Source: Patescibacteria group bacterium
Lineage (GTDB): Bacteria; Patescibacteriota; Minisyncoccia; Phycocordibacterales; JACOZG01
Assembly: GCA_034658935.1 (NCBI GenBank)
Contig: JAYEGE010000008.1
Location: 3,400-67,399, forward strand
DNA length: 64,000 nucleotides
Reading direction: 5' to 3'
The translations under genes were made by a program, and so were the position numbers. Below are positions 1-9,570 of the stretch, piece by piece. The first letter of the stretch is position 1. Each line of letters starts with the position of its first letter. The notes beneath the pieces are model-generated. The model was not told the origin of the DNA and ran no database searches. It saw nothing but the letters and a program-made list of their open reading frames with translations.

Positions 1-255
1 GATCTTATTCCCCGAATTCGGGCTGGCCTCGAGGTTAAGACCGAGGCAGGACCGCAAGCACTTCGGGAAGTTCACAAATCAGTAAGTATGCTCACGGGTG
101 GATCAAACGAGGGTGGTAGCGCCAAGGAGGGCCAATCGGCTCCAGTCATTGCGCCATCTGGCCCCCGCGTTGGCCGCAACGAGCCCTGCCCTTGTGGTAG
201 TGGTAAGAAATACAAGCATTGTGGCTTAGTTGAGGCCCCGGAGCACAAGGCCTAG
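1..255 (+). CDS. secA: SecA preprotein translocase ATPase, C-terminal fragment (gene start lies upstream of window)
   Basis: Frame 1 is open from base 1 to the TAG at 253-255 and ends ...[18 protein letters not shown]... This Cys-x-Cys-x8-Cys-His zinc-binding tail is characteristic of the SecA C-terminus. It is absent from the ORF track because there is no start codon inside the window. Confidence 0.6.
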   Translation, partial: DLIPRIRAGLEVKTEAGPQALREVHKSVSMLTGGSNEGGSAKEGQSAPVIAPSGPRVGRNEPCPCGSGKKYKHCGLVEAPEHKA

Positions 256-498
256 CCCCCGCTGTAGTAAAAGACATCTGTCCTATAAGGCAATGTCCCA
301 TAGAAAGACCGAGCCAGGGCTCCTTTTAGGAGCTTTTTGTGTGCGAGGCGTACAAAATAAGGGGTAGGGGGCTTGCGTTTTTGGCGCCTCTATGTTAGTT
401 ACTGAAGTAGGTGATTGTTCTTTGACTAGCTCTTTTTTGGTTCTCCGCAAGACGGGGACAGTTTCCTTTTTATTAACTGCACTAAACGCTTAACGTTT

Positions 499-1791
499 AT
501 GACCAAAAAGAGCAGTCTACTCTTTGGTTTTGTTCGCAATATCACTCAAACTATTTTAATACTGGCTTCGGTCGGGTTATTGGTCGTAGCGTTACCTGGG
601 CGTTTACATGCAGAGGATGGAGCAGTACTTATTGGGGACACCATTAGGCCGCTAGCTATTAGCGCTGAGTTCAGCGGTTCCCCGGTCGAAGAAAATCACA
701 ACACTGGCGAGAATGTTTTCACTACCACTGGTAGTTCTACAGATGATATTGGCGAAAATATCTTCACCACTGCTACCGCGGACGATGACAGGCCTTTGGC
801 CATTAGTGAAGAGTTTGGTGGTTCTACCACTGGTGACGACGGTGGCGAGAACACTTTCACCACTTTGGCTAATGGTGGTAGCGATGATGACCCTGAGGAC
901 TGTGTTAGTGGTTGTGGTGGAGGTAGTGGAGGCGGCCCTATCCATCGCCGCCCGGATCCCAAGCCAGTCGATCTTCCTGCCCCCTGTGTCCCATATTTAC
1001 TCGATTTCATAAAATTAGGCCGCGACAACGACAGGATCGAAGTACTGAAACTTCAATCTTTTCTGCGTACCTTTGAGGGTCTGGAGGTCCCACTCTCTGG
1101 AGTCTATGACCAGGTCACCTATGAGGCCGTTAAGGTTTTCCAATCCCGATATAGCAATGATGTTTTAGGGCCTTGGGGCATTGGCGAGTCTACCGGGTAC
1201 GTTTTTATAACCACTCGCTTGGCTATTAATAATATTTATTGTAGCCGTACCACTGCCAATAATCTTAATTTGCGTAATTTCTACCCAAGCTATGGCGAGT
1301 ACCAAGACTTGGACGAGGGGGTGATAAAAGAAACAGAAACCAATCTAGAAGACATTGACCTCCCCGTTGTTCCGATTGACCTGATGGGTCAAGCTGGTCC
1401 TGGAGAAGGGGTTCCTATACGTAATTTTTTCCAAGCGGCGGCGCTCGGCTTCCTCGATTGGTTAGATTTCAGTCATTTCCTTAATCTAGTCTTTCTACTC
1501 ATAGTTATTCTCGTGTTGTGGTGGGTCATTAAACTAAAACAAGAGATCAACGAAGTTGAACAAGATAAATTTAATACCGGCCGGCCGATTCCTCCAATAG
1601 AACTCCCCGCGGCTTCGACAGAAGACGAGCCTGACGAAATGGAAGAGGGGGTTCTCAAGGATCTAGATAACAGTGAGGGTGACGAATGGTTAGGCGATGA
1701 GATCGGAGACCAATTACCCCTTGGTGACCCCGATGATTCTGACTTACCTCTAGGCCCAGTTGAGGATTCTGAGCTTGACAATAAACAATAA
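499..1791 (+). CDS. secreted/membrane-anchored hypothetical protein with degenerate ENxFTT repeats, a putative peptidoglycan-binding-like domain, a C-terminal TM helix and an acidic tail
   Basis: N-terminal signal peptide. Three degenerate repeats (ENVFTTTGSSTDD / ENIFTTATADDD / ENTFTTLANGGSDDD). The segment LKLQSFLRTFEGLEVPLSGVYDQVTYEAVKVFQSRY resembles a PG_binding_1 motif. A hydrophobic helix FLNLVFLLIVILVLWWVI is followed by a D/E-rich tail. Confidence 0.5.
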   Translation: MTKKSSLLFGFVRNITQTILILASVGLLVVALPGRLHAEDGAVLIGDTIRPLAISAEFSGSPVEENHNTGENVFTTTGSSTDDIGENIFTTATADDDRPLAISEEFGGSTTGDDGGENTFTTLANGGSDDDPEDCVSGCGGGSGGGPIHRRPDPKPVDLPAPCVPYLLDFIKLGRDNDRIEVLKLQSFLRTFEGLEVPLSGVYDQVTYEAVKVFQSRYSNDVLGPWGIGESTGYVFITTRLAINNIYCSRTTANNLNLRNFYPSYGEYQDLDEGVIKETETNLEDIDLPVVPIDLMGQAGPGEGVPIRNFFQAAALGFLDWLDFSHFLNLVFLLIVILVLWWVIKLKQEINEVEQDKFNTGRPIPPIELPAASTEDEPDEMEEGVLKDLDNSEGDEWLGDEIGDQLPLGDPDDSDLPLGPVEDSELDNKQ

Positions 1792-1905
1792 ATACACTAG
1801 TTATTAAGAGGGAGTTCTTTTACAAAACAGGGAAGAACTGTTCTTAGGAAATGCCACGGATGTTCCGTGGCTAGTCAGGTGTTTCTCAGAGAAAGGAGGC
1901 CTGCG

Positions 1906-3777
1906 ATGGCCAGAAAGTTTACGTTGATCGCTGTGGTTTTGGGTACGGTTTTTGGTCTGGGGGCAGGATGTCCACCCCACCTCGATGTGACGCCTGTAGT
2001 GCCACTACATGTCGGCATTGAGGCGCTTGACTCCGATACTGGTGAGCCACTGGAGGTTGATGGGGCGCGACGACTTGAAGTGTCGGTTGGCACTTTGGTG
2101 CATTTTGTGCCGATAGAGGTGTCGCCTCCGGCCCAAGGCGGGGGCGTTGCCGACCAGGATGCTAGTCCGGCTGGACTAGCATCTAAGCCGAAGGGGGCTG
2201 CTTTGAACAAGCTGCCTTTTTCGGAAGCGACTTTCCATTGGCGAGTCTCGAGCGAGAGTGTTCCTCGGGAATCGACCTATGACTTCAATTACACGTTTGC
2301 AACCGCGGGCGTGTATGAAGTGGCCTTGCTCCGGGTTGACGTTCATTACGTTAACCCATTGGTGATTAGTCAGGATAAAGCCAGGTTACAAGTGGTGGTA
2401 TCAGAGGAGCCGATTGTGCTTCCTCCGATTCCTCCTCCACCGGTGCCTGACCCAGGGCCGCCATTTTTTACTGGCGGTGTTGAGATCAATGGCCTGATTT
2501 TCTTTGACGGCGAGTTCAGTCTCGGTGCCGGAGAGACTCTGCGCATTGATGGCACGGGCGTGGTTAGTGGGGGGCGTTTGCCCTACACGATCCAGGTGAT
2601 TGGTTCAGACGGAACCGTCTTGGCCGAGAGTTTGGGATTGAAGTTGGACTGGACGCCAACGGAGTCGGGTACTTACACCATCCGTGTCATCGATGCGGAT
2701 GGTCGGACGCTCGATTTGGTGATTGTGCTGATTCTGATCTGCCCACCAGATTCGCCCGTGCCACCCATTCCGCCTACCCCCACCGTTAACCTGAAAATCA
2801 ACGGTGGGGACGGGCCACTAGAGCTTGTTACTCTAGCGCCAGGAGGAGTCTCGGCCAACCTCAGGTTGTCCTGGGGTTCATCTGACGCTGAAACCTTAGT
2901 CGCCTCGAGCGCCTGGTCTGGTAGCAAGTCTCTCAGTGGAACAGAAACCGTCAACGGCTTGCCGGCAGGTGACTACCTTTTTACCTTAGCGGCGACCGGT
3001 GATGGCGGTACGGCGACGGATAGCGTGGGAGTCCACGTTGTTGATCCGGCGCCGAATCTCTATCGCCTGAGGGTGACCCATACTGGCGGTGGAGACGTTA
3101 GGATTTCTCCCGCAGGTGATGGTGGTTATGAAGAAGGAGTGGTTGTCACTCTGACGGCTGTTCCCGAAACAGGCTATCGCTTCGTTGATTGGGGGGGTGA
3201 TCTGTCGGGATCGACGAGTCCTACCTCTATCACTATGGATGGTAACAAGGCGGTTACAGCGAGCTTTGCTCGCCTGACCTACGCCATTACCGCCAGTGCT
3301 GAACTTGGAGGCAGCATCGATCCTGAGGGCATCGTAATGGTCGCCCATGGCGACGACCAGCGTTTCGATTTCGTGCCCGACCCGGGCTATGAGATATTCA
3401 TGCTCTGGGTTGACGGTTTGATGGCTGATGTGGCTCTGTCTTACACATTTACCGACATGGCGACGGGTCACAACATTAGCGTGACTTTCCGGGAAATCGT
3501 TCCCCGGCCTCTGATGGCAGAGATTGTCTCGCCGGAGAATGGCACACACCATGATGTCGGCGATGAGATAATTTTCAGGGCCGAGACAAGTGGTGGTACG
3601 CCGCCTTACACTTACCATTGGTTGTTTCCAGACGGCAGTAACGTCTGGACCGACCAGGCGGGCCTTGGACACGTGTTCGATTTCGAAATCCAGAACGGGT
3701 CTGTCTATATGCAGGCTCGAGACGGAGCCGGGCTCTTGAGTCCGGTAACCCAAACCATCATCTGGGTTTACCCGTAA
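1906..3777 (+). CDS. large secreted/lipoprotein-like protein with Pro-rich linkers, InlB-B-repeat (Listeria-Bacteroides repeat)-like beta domains and a C-terminal PKD-like domain
   Basis: ATG at 1906 (MARKFTLIAVVLGTVFGLGAGC...) gives a signal or lipoprotein-like N-terminus. PPIPPPPVPDP and PPIPPTPT act as linkers. Two repeat domains (YRLRVTHTGGGDVRISPAGDGGYEEGVVVTLTAVPETGYRFVDWGGD... and YAITASAELGGSIDPEG...) are followed by PPYTYHWLFPDGS, which resembles a PKD motif. Confidence 0.55.
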   Translation: MARKFTLIAVVLGTVFGLGAGCPPHLDVTPVVPLHVGIEALDSDTGEPLEVDGARRLEVSVGTLVHFVPIEVSPPAQGGGVADQDASPAGLASKPKGAALNKLPFSEATFHWRVSSESVPRESTYDFNYTFATAGVYEVALLRVDVHYVNPLVISQDKARLQVVVSEEPIVLPPIPPPPVPDPGPPFFTGGVEINGLIFFDGEFSLGAGETLRIDGTGVVSGGRLPYTIQVIGSDGTVLAESLGLKLDWTPTESGTYTIRVIDADGRTLDLVIVLILICPPDSPVPPIPPTPTVNLKINGGDGPLELVTLAPGGVSANLRLSWGSSDAETLVASSAWSGSKSLSGTETVNGLPAGDYLFTLAATGDGGTATDSVGVHVVDPAPNLYRLRVTHTGGGDVRISPAGDGGYEEGVVVTLTAVPETGYRFVDWGGDLSGSTSPTSITMDGNKAVTASFARLTYAITASAELGGSIDPEGIVMVAHGDDQRFDFVPDPGYEIFMLWVDGLMADVALSYTFTDMATGHNISVTFREIVPRPLMAEIVSPENGTHHDVGDEIIFRAETSGGTPPYTYHWLFPDGSNVWTDQAGLGHVFDFEIQNGSVYMQARDGAGLLSPVTQTIIWVYP

Positions 3778-3799
3778 TTCTTCCCTGTTTTCCCCTTCC

Positions 3800-3846
3800 A
3801 ACCCCTTCCTCAGCTTGCGAGCTGGGTGAAGGGGTTGCTTTTTTAT
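3800..3846 (+). terminator. rho-independent terminator (hairpin aaccccttc...gaaggggtt followed by a T-run)
   Basis: Inverted repeat followed by TTTTTTAT immediately after the stop of the 1906..3777 gene. Confidence 0.5.
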
Positions 3847-3900
3847 ATAGATGTGTTAGCTATGGAGCATTAGGGTATTAGTAATGTGTTTATAAATTAA

Positions 3901-5112
3901 ATGAATAATATGTTGAAAAATATAGGTTTAATGGCCTTGGTGGCGGTATTGACTGCTACTATGGTGCTACCTGCGAGTATTGCTGTGGCCAACGATGATT
4001 TGGCGACCAGTATTATTTCGCCAAACAATGCTGCTGTTTTTGAGGTGGGGGAAGACATCACTTTCTCTGGTCAGGCGACTGGCGGTGAGGCTCCTTACGC
4101 TTTTGTTTGGAATTTTGGTGACGGCACCGAGGGTGGCGGCCAGAATTTCACCAGGGCTTACTCTGAGGCAGGCGATATGGTAGTGACCCTTACTGTTACT
4201 GACTTCGCCGATAGTACTTCTGAAGTGAGTCATACGATTACCATCAATGAGGCGCCTGTCAATGCTCCTACCGTTGATTTGAAGGTTAATAATGAGGATG
4301 GTCCTGTAACTATCATCGAAGGCACGGTGGCCACTCTTAGTTGGTCTACCACTGACGCTACTGAGTGTGTTGCTTCTGGTGCCTGGTCTGGTGATAAGTC
4401 TATTGGTGATTCGGAGTCTTTCGATGATCTAGTTGCTGGTACTTATGCCTATATTTTGACCTGTACTGGCTTTGGCGGTTTGGCTAATGATTCGGTGACA
4501 GTAAACGTTGAGGAGATTGTTGATCCTACAGATACTACGCCTCCTACAGTGCCGACTATCACCTTCGCCTCTCATAACGAGGGTGAGACCTCAGCTGATA
4601 CTACTGCCAAGATTTCTTGGACCGAGTCTGCAGATGAGGGTTCTGGTTTAGCCGGCTACTCCTTCCTCTGGGATCATGGTTCTGACACTGCTCCTGATAG
4701 TACTATTGATTCTACTATTACCACTTATACTCAAGCTCTCGGTAATGGCACTTGGTACTTTCATATTGTCGCTCTCGACAATGCGGGCAATGTGTCTAGT
4801 CCGGTAACTCATTACGGTCCGATTACCATTGAGGTCGGGGATGTATTGCCGCCAGTGATCAGTAATATTCGAGTAACCGATATTACCCAGACTGGTGCCA
4901 CTATCCGCTGGGATACCGACAAGCCAGCTAATAGCCGGGTGATCTACGATACAGTTTCTCACTCAGACATCAGTGGCGAGTCCGAGCCTAATTTCGGTTA
5001 TGCTTTTTCGAGTGAGACCCTCAACGAGGACCCTCTTGTGACTGAGCATGCTGTAACTTTGACTGGCTTGACTGCTGATACCCAGTACTTCTTCCGCGTC
5101 TTATCTCGCTGA
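3901..5112 (+). CDS. secreted PKD-domain / fibronectin-III-like repeat protein
   Basis: Signal peptide. Canonical PKD motif APYAFVWNFGDGTEGGGQNFTRAYSEAGDMVVTLTVTD. The downstream segment VISNIRVTDITQTGATIRWDTDKPANSRVIYDT is FN3-like. Confidence 0.6.
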   Translation: MNNMLKNIGLMALVAVLTATMVLPASIAVANDDLATSIISPNNAAVFEVGEDITFSGQATGGEAPYAFVWNFGDGTEGGGQNFTRAYSEAGDMVVTLTVTDFADSTSEVSHTITINEAPVNAPTVDLKVNNEDGPVTIIEGTVATLSWSTTDATECVASGAWSGDKSIGDSESFDDLVAGTYAYILTCTGFGGLANDSVTVNVEEIVDPTDTTPPTVPTITFASHNEGETSADTTAKISWTESADEGSGLAGYSFLWDHGSDTAPDSTIDSTITTYTQALGNGTWYFHIVALDNAGNVSSPVTHYGPITIEVGDVLPPVISNIRVTDITQTGATIRWDTDKPANSRVIYDTVSHSDISGESEPNFGYAFSSETLNEDPLVTEHAVTLTGLTADTQYFFRVLSR

Positions 5113-5139
5113 CTTTCTTTTAGCGCACTGCGCACAAAC

Positions 5140-5186
5140 AAAATCACCCTGATCCGCTGTGGCGGATCAGGGTGATTTTGTTTTGT
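5140..5186 (+). terminator. rho-independent terminator (18-bp perfect hairpin aaaatcaccctgatccgc/gcggatcagggtgatttt followed by a T-run)
   Basis: Perfect inverted repeat followed by TTTTGTTTTG after the stop at 5112. Confidence 0.7.
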
Positions 5187-5214
5187 CGCTGGGTGCATGT
5201 TAGATTGAATCTAT

Positions 5215-6144
5215 ATGCCGGAATTAAAAATGCAAACAAATGTAGACCTTAGCCACTTCACTACTTTCGGAGTCGGTGGTACGGCAAGGTACTATGTACT
5301 CGCGGCGACACCGGGGGAGTTGATTCAGGCTCTTGAGTTGGCGTGCGAGAACGGCTGGCCCTATGTCGTCTTGGCGGGCGGTAGCAATATGTTGTTCCCT
5401 GATGCTGGTTACAAAGGGCTAGTAATACATTACTTGAACACTGGCGCCGAGCTAGCAATCGGCGGTACTAAAATCAAAGTGGGGGCCTCTCTCCCCCTTG
5501 CTTCGCTTGTTGATGGGGCGATAAAGGTGGGGTTGGCTGGCCTCGAGGCGCTCTCTGGTATTCCTGGTACGGTGGGGGGCGCTATTGTTGGCAATGCCGG
5601 TGCTTATGGACAGAGTATTTCCGACCACTTAACCCGAGTGGAAGTTTTCGACATGGTTTCTGGTGTGCGGCACTTAAGTAAAGGGGAGTGCGAGTTTGCT
5701 TATCGAAATAGTATTTTTAAAAAAGATCGAAACTTATTTGTGCTGCGGGCGGAATTTGGATTAGGGAGAGGGGATGGCGGGGCGCTTCACCAGAAGTCTG
5801 AAGAGATCATTGCGACCCGAGAGAAGAAATATCCACCTACTCTTAAGTGCCCAGGCAGTTTCTTCAAGAATGTGTTGGTGAAAGATGTTTCGTCGGAGTC
5901 GCTTAAGCTAATAGATCAATCAAAAATAATCGATGATAAGATCCCTACCGGCTATTTGTTAGAAGAAGTTGGCGCCAAGGATATGCGCCAAGGTGGCGCT
6001 TACGTTGCCGATTACCATAGTAATTTAATTATTAACGATGGCACAGCTAGTTATAAGGATGTGATGACCCTGTCTACCGAACTTAAAAAACTAGTCAAAG
6101 ACAAATTTAATATTACACTTGAGGAGGAGGTGCGGTTATGTTAG
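5215..6144 (+). CDS. murB: UDP-N-acetylenolpyruvoylglucosamine reductase
   Basis: FTTFGVGGTARYYVLAATPGELIQALE...VVLAGGSNMLFPDAGYKGLVI matches the MurB FAD-binding N-terminus. Length 309 aa. Confidence 0.85.
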   Translation: MPELKMQTNVDLSHFTTFGVGGTARYYVLAATPGELIQALELACENGWPYVVLAGGSNMLFPDAGYKGLVIHYLNTGAELAIGGTKIKVGASLPLASLVDGAIKVGLAGLEALSGIPGTVGGAIVGNAGAYGQSISDHLTRVEVFDMVSGVRHLSKGECEFAYRNSIFKKDRNLFVLRAEFGLGRGDGGALHQKSEEIIATREKKYPPTLKCPGSFFKNVLVKDVSSESLKLIDQSKIIDDKIPTGYLLEEVGAKDMRQGGAYVADYHSNLIINDGTASYKDVMTLSTELKKLVKDKFNITLEEEVRLC

Positions 6145-6189
6145 CTTCTTTTTTTGTACTCAAAATCGTGATAAAATGGCGCCACTAGT

Positions 6190-7605
6190 ATGGAATACAA
6201 GCCAACGATTGGGCTAGAAATCCACGCAGAGCTGAAGACCCGGACCAAGATGTTCTGTGGTTGTAAGAATGACCCAAACGAGGAGCGGCCCAATACGAAT
6301 ATCTGTCCGGTCTGTATGGCTCACCCCGGTACCCTGCCGGTGATTAATAAGGAGGCAGTGCGGCAAGTCTTGCGAGTTGGTGTAGCCCTTGGGGGCGAGT
6401 TGGCATTAAAATTTTCGGAGTTTGATCGTAAGAATTACTTCTACCCCGACATCTCTAAGGGTTATCAGATTTCTCAATACAAATACCCGTTAGTCGCTGG
6501 TGGCGAATTAGCCGGAGTGGCTATTACTCGAGTGCATCTTGAAGAAGATACTGCTACTTCTAAACACAGGGGCGATCATTCCTTGGTTGATTTCAATCGA
6601 GCCGGGGTGCCATTGATGGAGCTGGTTACCGAGCCGGTGATTAATTTGGCCAAGCAGGCGGGGGATTTTGCTCGTGAACTCCAGCTTCTCTTACGCTATC
6701 TCAACGCTTCCGACGCCAATATGGAGAAAGGGGAGATGCGGGTGGAAGCGAATATCTCGGTAAGTAAAGACGACAAATTCGGGACGAAAGTCGAAGTAAA
6801 AAATCTTAACTCCTTCAAGATCGCGGAGAAGGCGATTGAATATGAAATCAAGCGTCAGCAGGAAGTCTTAGAAGCTGGCGAGGAAGTAGTCCAGGAGACG
6901 CGTGGTTGGGATGAGACCAAGGGAGCAACTTTCTCACAAAGGAAGAAGGAATCTTCTCATGATTATCGCTATTTCCCTGAGCCAGACTTACCAAAATTAA
7001 AATTGGGTGAGGTAGAAGAGTTTAAACCGGAGAGTCTACTTAAAACTCTGCCCGAGCTACCTTGGCAGAAGCGAGAACGCTACCGAAAAGATTACGGGAT
7101 TAAAGAGAGTGATATTGAGATTTTGGTGGCCGATCCAGTACTTGATGAATTTTTCGAAGCTGTAGTAGCCGATTTAGGGAGAGACAAGCAGATGGTTCAA
7201 CTGGCGGCTAATTACCTAATCTCCGATGTCTTAGGGAAGATGAAGGTTAAGGCCGATCTTGGATTACCGCCACATGCTGATTTTACTTCGCTCATTAAGC
7301 TAGTGGCCGAGAATGAAGTCTCTTCGCGTGGCGCGAAAGATATTTTAGAAATCATGCTGGTGAGCGGGGAAGCGACTGGCCCCAAAAAAATTGCTGAAGA
7401 AAAAGGACTCTTTCAACAGAGCGACACTGATGCCTTAGGAAAAATTATTGATCGGGTTATTGATGAAAACCAAAAGGCGGCTGATGAATACAGGGCTGGC
7501 AAAGAAACTGCTTTGCAGTTCCTGGTTGGCCAGGGAATGAGACTCTCTAAAGGTTCGGCTAATCCTGGAGTGTTGAAGGAGTTGTTGGTCGAGAAGCTGA
7601 CATAG
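6190..7605 (+). CDS. gatB: Asp-tRNA(Asn)/Glu-tRNA(Gln) amidotransferase subunit B
   Basis: MEYKPTIGLEIHAELKTRTKMFCGCKNDP...NTNICPVCMAHPGTLPV is the diagnostic GatB N-terminus. Length 471 aa. Confidence 0.9.
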   Translation: MEYKPTIGLEIHAELKTRTKMFCGCKNDPNEERPNTNICPVCMAHPGTLPVINKEAVRQVLRVGVALGGELALKFSEFDRKNYFYPDISKGYQISQYKYPLVAGGELAGVAITRVHLEEDTATSKHRGDHSLVDFNRAGVPLMELVTEPVINLAKQAGDFARELQLLLRYLNASDANMEKGEMRVEANISVSKDDKFGTKVEVKNLNSFKIAEKAIEYEIKRQQEVLEAGEEVVQETRGWDETKGATFSQRKKESSHDYRYFPEPDLPKLKLGEVEEFKPESLLKTLPELPWQKRERYRKDYGIKESDIEILVADPVLDEFFEAVVADLGRDKQMVQLAANYLISDVLGKMKVKADLGLPPHADFTSLIKLVAENEVSSRGAKDILEIMLVSGEATGPKKIAEEKGLFQQSDTDALGKIIDRVIDENQKAADEYRAGKETALQFLVGQGMRLSKGSANPGVLKELLVEKLT

Positions 7606-8001
7606 AGCTAAAAATAGAGCTAAAACGGGACGATCCTAAAACCCGCAAACTAATCAAGACCTCCGCAACACTTCCTGTGGAGTCTGGTAATTAATCCCCA
7701 TGTGCGTTCTCTTGTTATTGTGGTAATTCAAGTAGGTTGGCAGGGCTTTCTTGTTCGCACACTCCAACCTCGTCTTACTAACTCTACTGCCTGCCCCCTT
7801 ACCTTGGGGATGTTGGGATTTTTAGTATATGCCATATTGTGGCTTATTTTAGCCCCTTAAGTGGTCCCAAGGCAGTGAACCATTGCGGGGAGTTGACATT
7901 TATACCAACATGATGTAGTCTTTATGTAGATACATTGTCAGGCCTGAAAAGACAACCGAGGTGTTCTCGATTGTTCTGGATGGGCCAAAAAGGAAAGGGA
8001 G

Positions 8002-8742
8002 ATGATGACGATGAGTACATCGATCACATCGACTGAAGGTTCGGGGATCACGCGGGGACAGAGGGAGTCTTGTACAGAGTTGATCACTCATGCCGCCCGT
8101 AAAGCGGCGACAGCAGCGATCAACGACCTTGAGGCCAACGGCGTACTCGACAAGGAGAACATCGAACGGGTCAGAGCCCGAGGAAACGAGGTGGTTGCCG
8201 CGATCACTGCGACAGTTAAGGCGAAATTCGCTGAGATCGCCGACAACGTCGCCGGTTACCTCCGCCTTATCTCCGGGGCTGAGACTATCACCCTCGACCC
8301 AACCGACGGGCAGGCAACCATCGCCAGGGCGGAGAATGTCTTCACTGACCGGATTGGCGGTGATTTCCGGGACTACTACGGCATTGACGTGCCTGGTCAG
8401 CCTACTATGGAGACCAAGGTCCAGGTCCACGAGATGGTCAAGGATGGCAACTTCAGGAGGATCTTTGGCGGCCTGTCAGAGAAGCTCGATGCCTTGAAGT
8501 TCGAGCAGAACCAGATCATCCAGTTCTGTCAGAAACACCGCCGGTGGCTCCGCACCGGCGGCTACGCCACCTTCTTCCTTTTCAAGGTGAAGGGTGAGTT
8601 CTTCGTGGCGCACGTCCGCTACTACGCCGGTGGCTACCTCGGGGTTGACGGGGGCCGCTTCTCGTACGACTATGTCTGGGGTGCTGACCACCGGCATCGG
8701 GTGGTCGTTCCGCAACTGCCCCTTGGCCCCTCTGACTCCTGA
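8002..8742 (+). CDS. GC-rich orphan hypothetical protein; candidate DGR target (its C-terminal 117 bp is duplicated downstream)
   Basis: Good RBS (aaaggaaagggag). No recognisable domain. Visibly higher GC than the flanks. The 3' segment 8596-8712 is identical to 9047-9163. Confidence 0.5.
   Translation: MMTMSTSITSTEGSGITRGQRESCTELITHAARKAATAAINDLEANGVLDKENIERVRARGNEVVAAITATVKAKFAEIADNVAGYLRLISGAETITLDPTDGQATIARAENVFTDRIGGDFRDYYGIDVPGQPTMETKVQVHEMVKDGNFRRIFGGLSEKLDALKFEQNQIIQFCQKHRRWLRTGGYATFFLFKVKGEFFVAHVRYYAGGYLGVDGGRFSYDYVWGADHRHRVVVPQLPLGPSDS
8596..8712 (+). repeat. 117-bp direct repeat copy A (VR-like, inside the 3' end of the 8002..8742 ORF)
   Basis: Identical base-for-base to 9047-9163 by manual alignment. 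The repeat ends 30 bp before the ORF stop. Confidence 0.85.
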
Positions 8743-9046
8743 TCCCTTGATCCTTTGTTCGCCTCTGGCGGACTCGGTCCCTCTGATTGGCCAAATTGGC
8801 TAGTCGGGGGGATTTTTGTATATTGATGGATGCATTTATTCAAATATCGCGGCTATGGCTCCGGTACAATGAATGTGTAAGGATAGGTTTGAGAGTTCTG
8901 TCGTCTAATTGATTGCAGAAGAGTAGGTCTATTTTTGCTAAACAAAAAATAATCAGTTGGTGCGATGAATTGGCGGACTTCTAGGTCCCAGATAAGATTC
9001 AATCTGTCATGATTTGGCAGATGGTATTAAAGGTGATTTATCGGCC

Positions 9047-9163
9047 GAGTTCTTCGTGGCGCACGTCCGCTACTACGCCGGTGGCTACCTCGGGGTTGAC
9101 GGGGGCCGCTTCTCGTACGACTATGTCTGGGGTGCTGACCACCGGCATCGGGTGGTCGTTCCG
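9047..9163 (+). repeat. 117-bp direct repeat copy B (TR-like position, immediately 3' of the Avd-like gene on the opposite strand)
   Basis: Identical to 8596-8712. The ORF-track ORF 9014..9319 that spans it is probably spurious. Confidence 0.85.
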
Positions 9164-9170
9164 AAACTTG

Positions 9171-9514
9171 TTATTTCTCTCGCTGCTTGTTGGCGAGAGT
9201 TTTCTTTTGCAGACCCTTTTCCCAGCCGCCGAGTTGTCTGCCCACCTCTTCTAATTTGGTTATTAAGTCAGAGTATTTGCTCGTTGCTATTATCTTGCTT
9301 TCCCAGGCTAATTGAGTGAAAAATTTTAACGAGTCTAGTTTGGCGATTGCTCTGCTTAGCACTATGATTTTGGATTCTGGTGACAGATAAATTGAAGTAA
9401 AGACAAGGTCTAGAACATCAAGAAACATTTGTTCTATCTTTTGTCTCAAACCACCCTTTCCACTCTAGGGAGGTTGCGGTGAATTGGCAGCCAGAACTGA
9501 TAAGCTTCCTTCAT
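9171..9514 (-). pseudogene. Avd-like (DGR accessory variability determinant / four-helix-bundle) gene, frameshifted near its 5' end
   Basis: The 92-aa ORF 9171..9449 (TTG start) ends ...LEEVGRQLGGWEKGLQKK and contains MFLDVLDLVFTSIYLS, resembling the C-terminal helices of Avd/bAvd-family proteins. The missing N-terminal helix (MKEAYQFWLPIHRNLPRVERVV) is encoded in another frame at 9446..9514. Confidence 0.5.
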
Positions 9515-9517
9515 TTT

Positions 9518-9540
9518 GAGAAGCACTGCCGGTGCTTCTC
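9518..9540. other. perfect 9-bp-stem hairpin (gagaagcac-tgccg-gtgcttctc) between the divergent Avd-like and RT genes
   Basis: Seen directly in the sequence. Followed by a G8 homopolymer at 9544-9551. Confidence 0.6.
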
Positions 9541-9570
9541 AAAGGGGGGGGTATTGGTAGAATTATTAGT

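Noticed and set aside
652-1028. Overlapping antisense or alternate-frame ORFs inside the 499..1791 gene (652..945, 696..1028, 713..1012), and similar internal or antisense ORFs throughout the track (for example 1875..2210, 2986..3801, 16344..16976, 26616..27721, 44793..45353, 55921..56898)
   Set aside because: They are low-complexity translations of the opposite strand or of shifted frames of clearly recognisable genes. They have no RBS or motifs and are treated as spurious.
9014-9319. 101-aa ORF spanning the second copy of the 117-bp repeat and overlapping the Avd-like gene on the opposite strand
   Set aside because: Its only recognisable content is the duplicated 39 codons. The remainder is antisense to avd. 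It is more likely a read-through of the repeat than a gene, although a truncated second target cannot be fully excluded.
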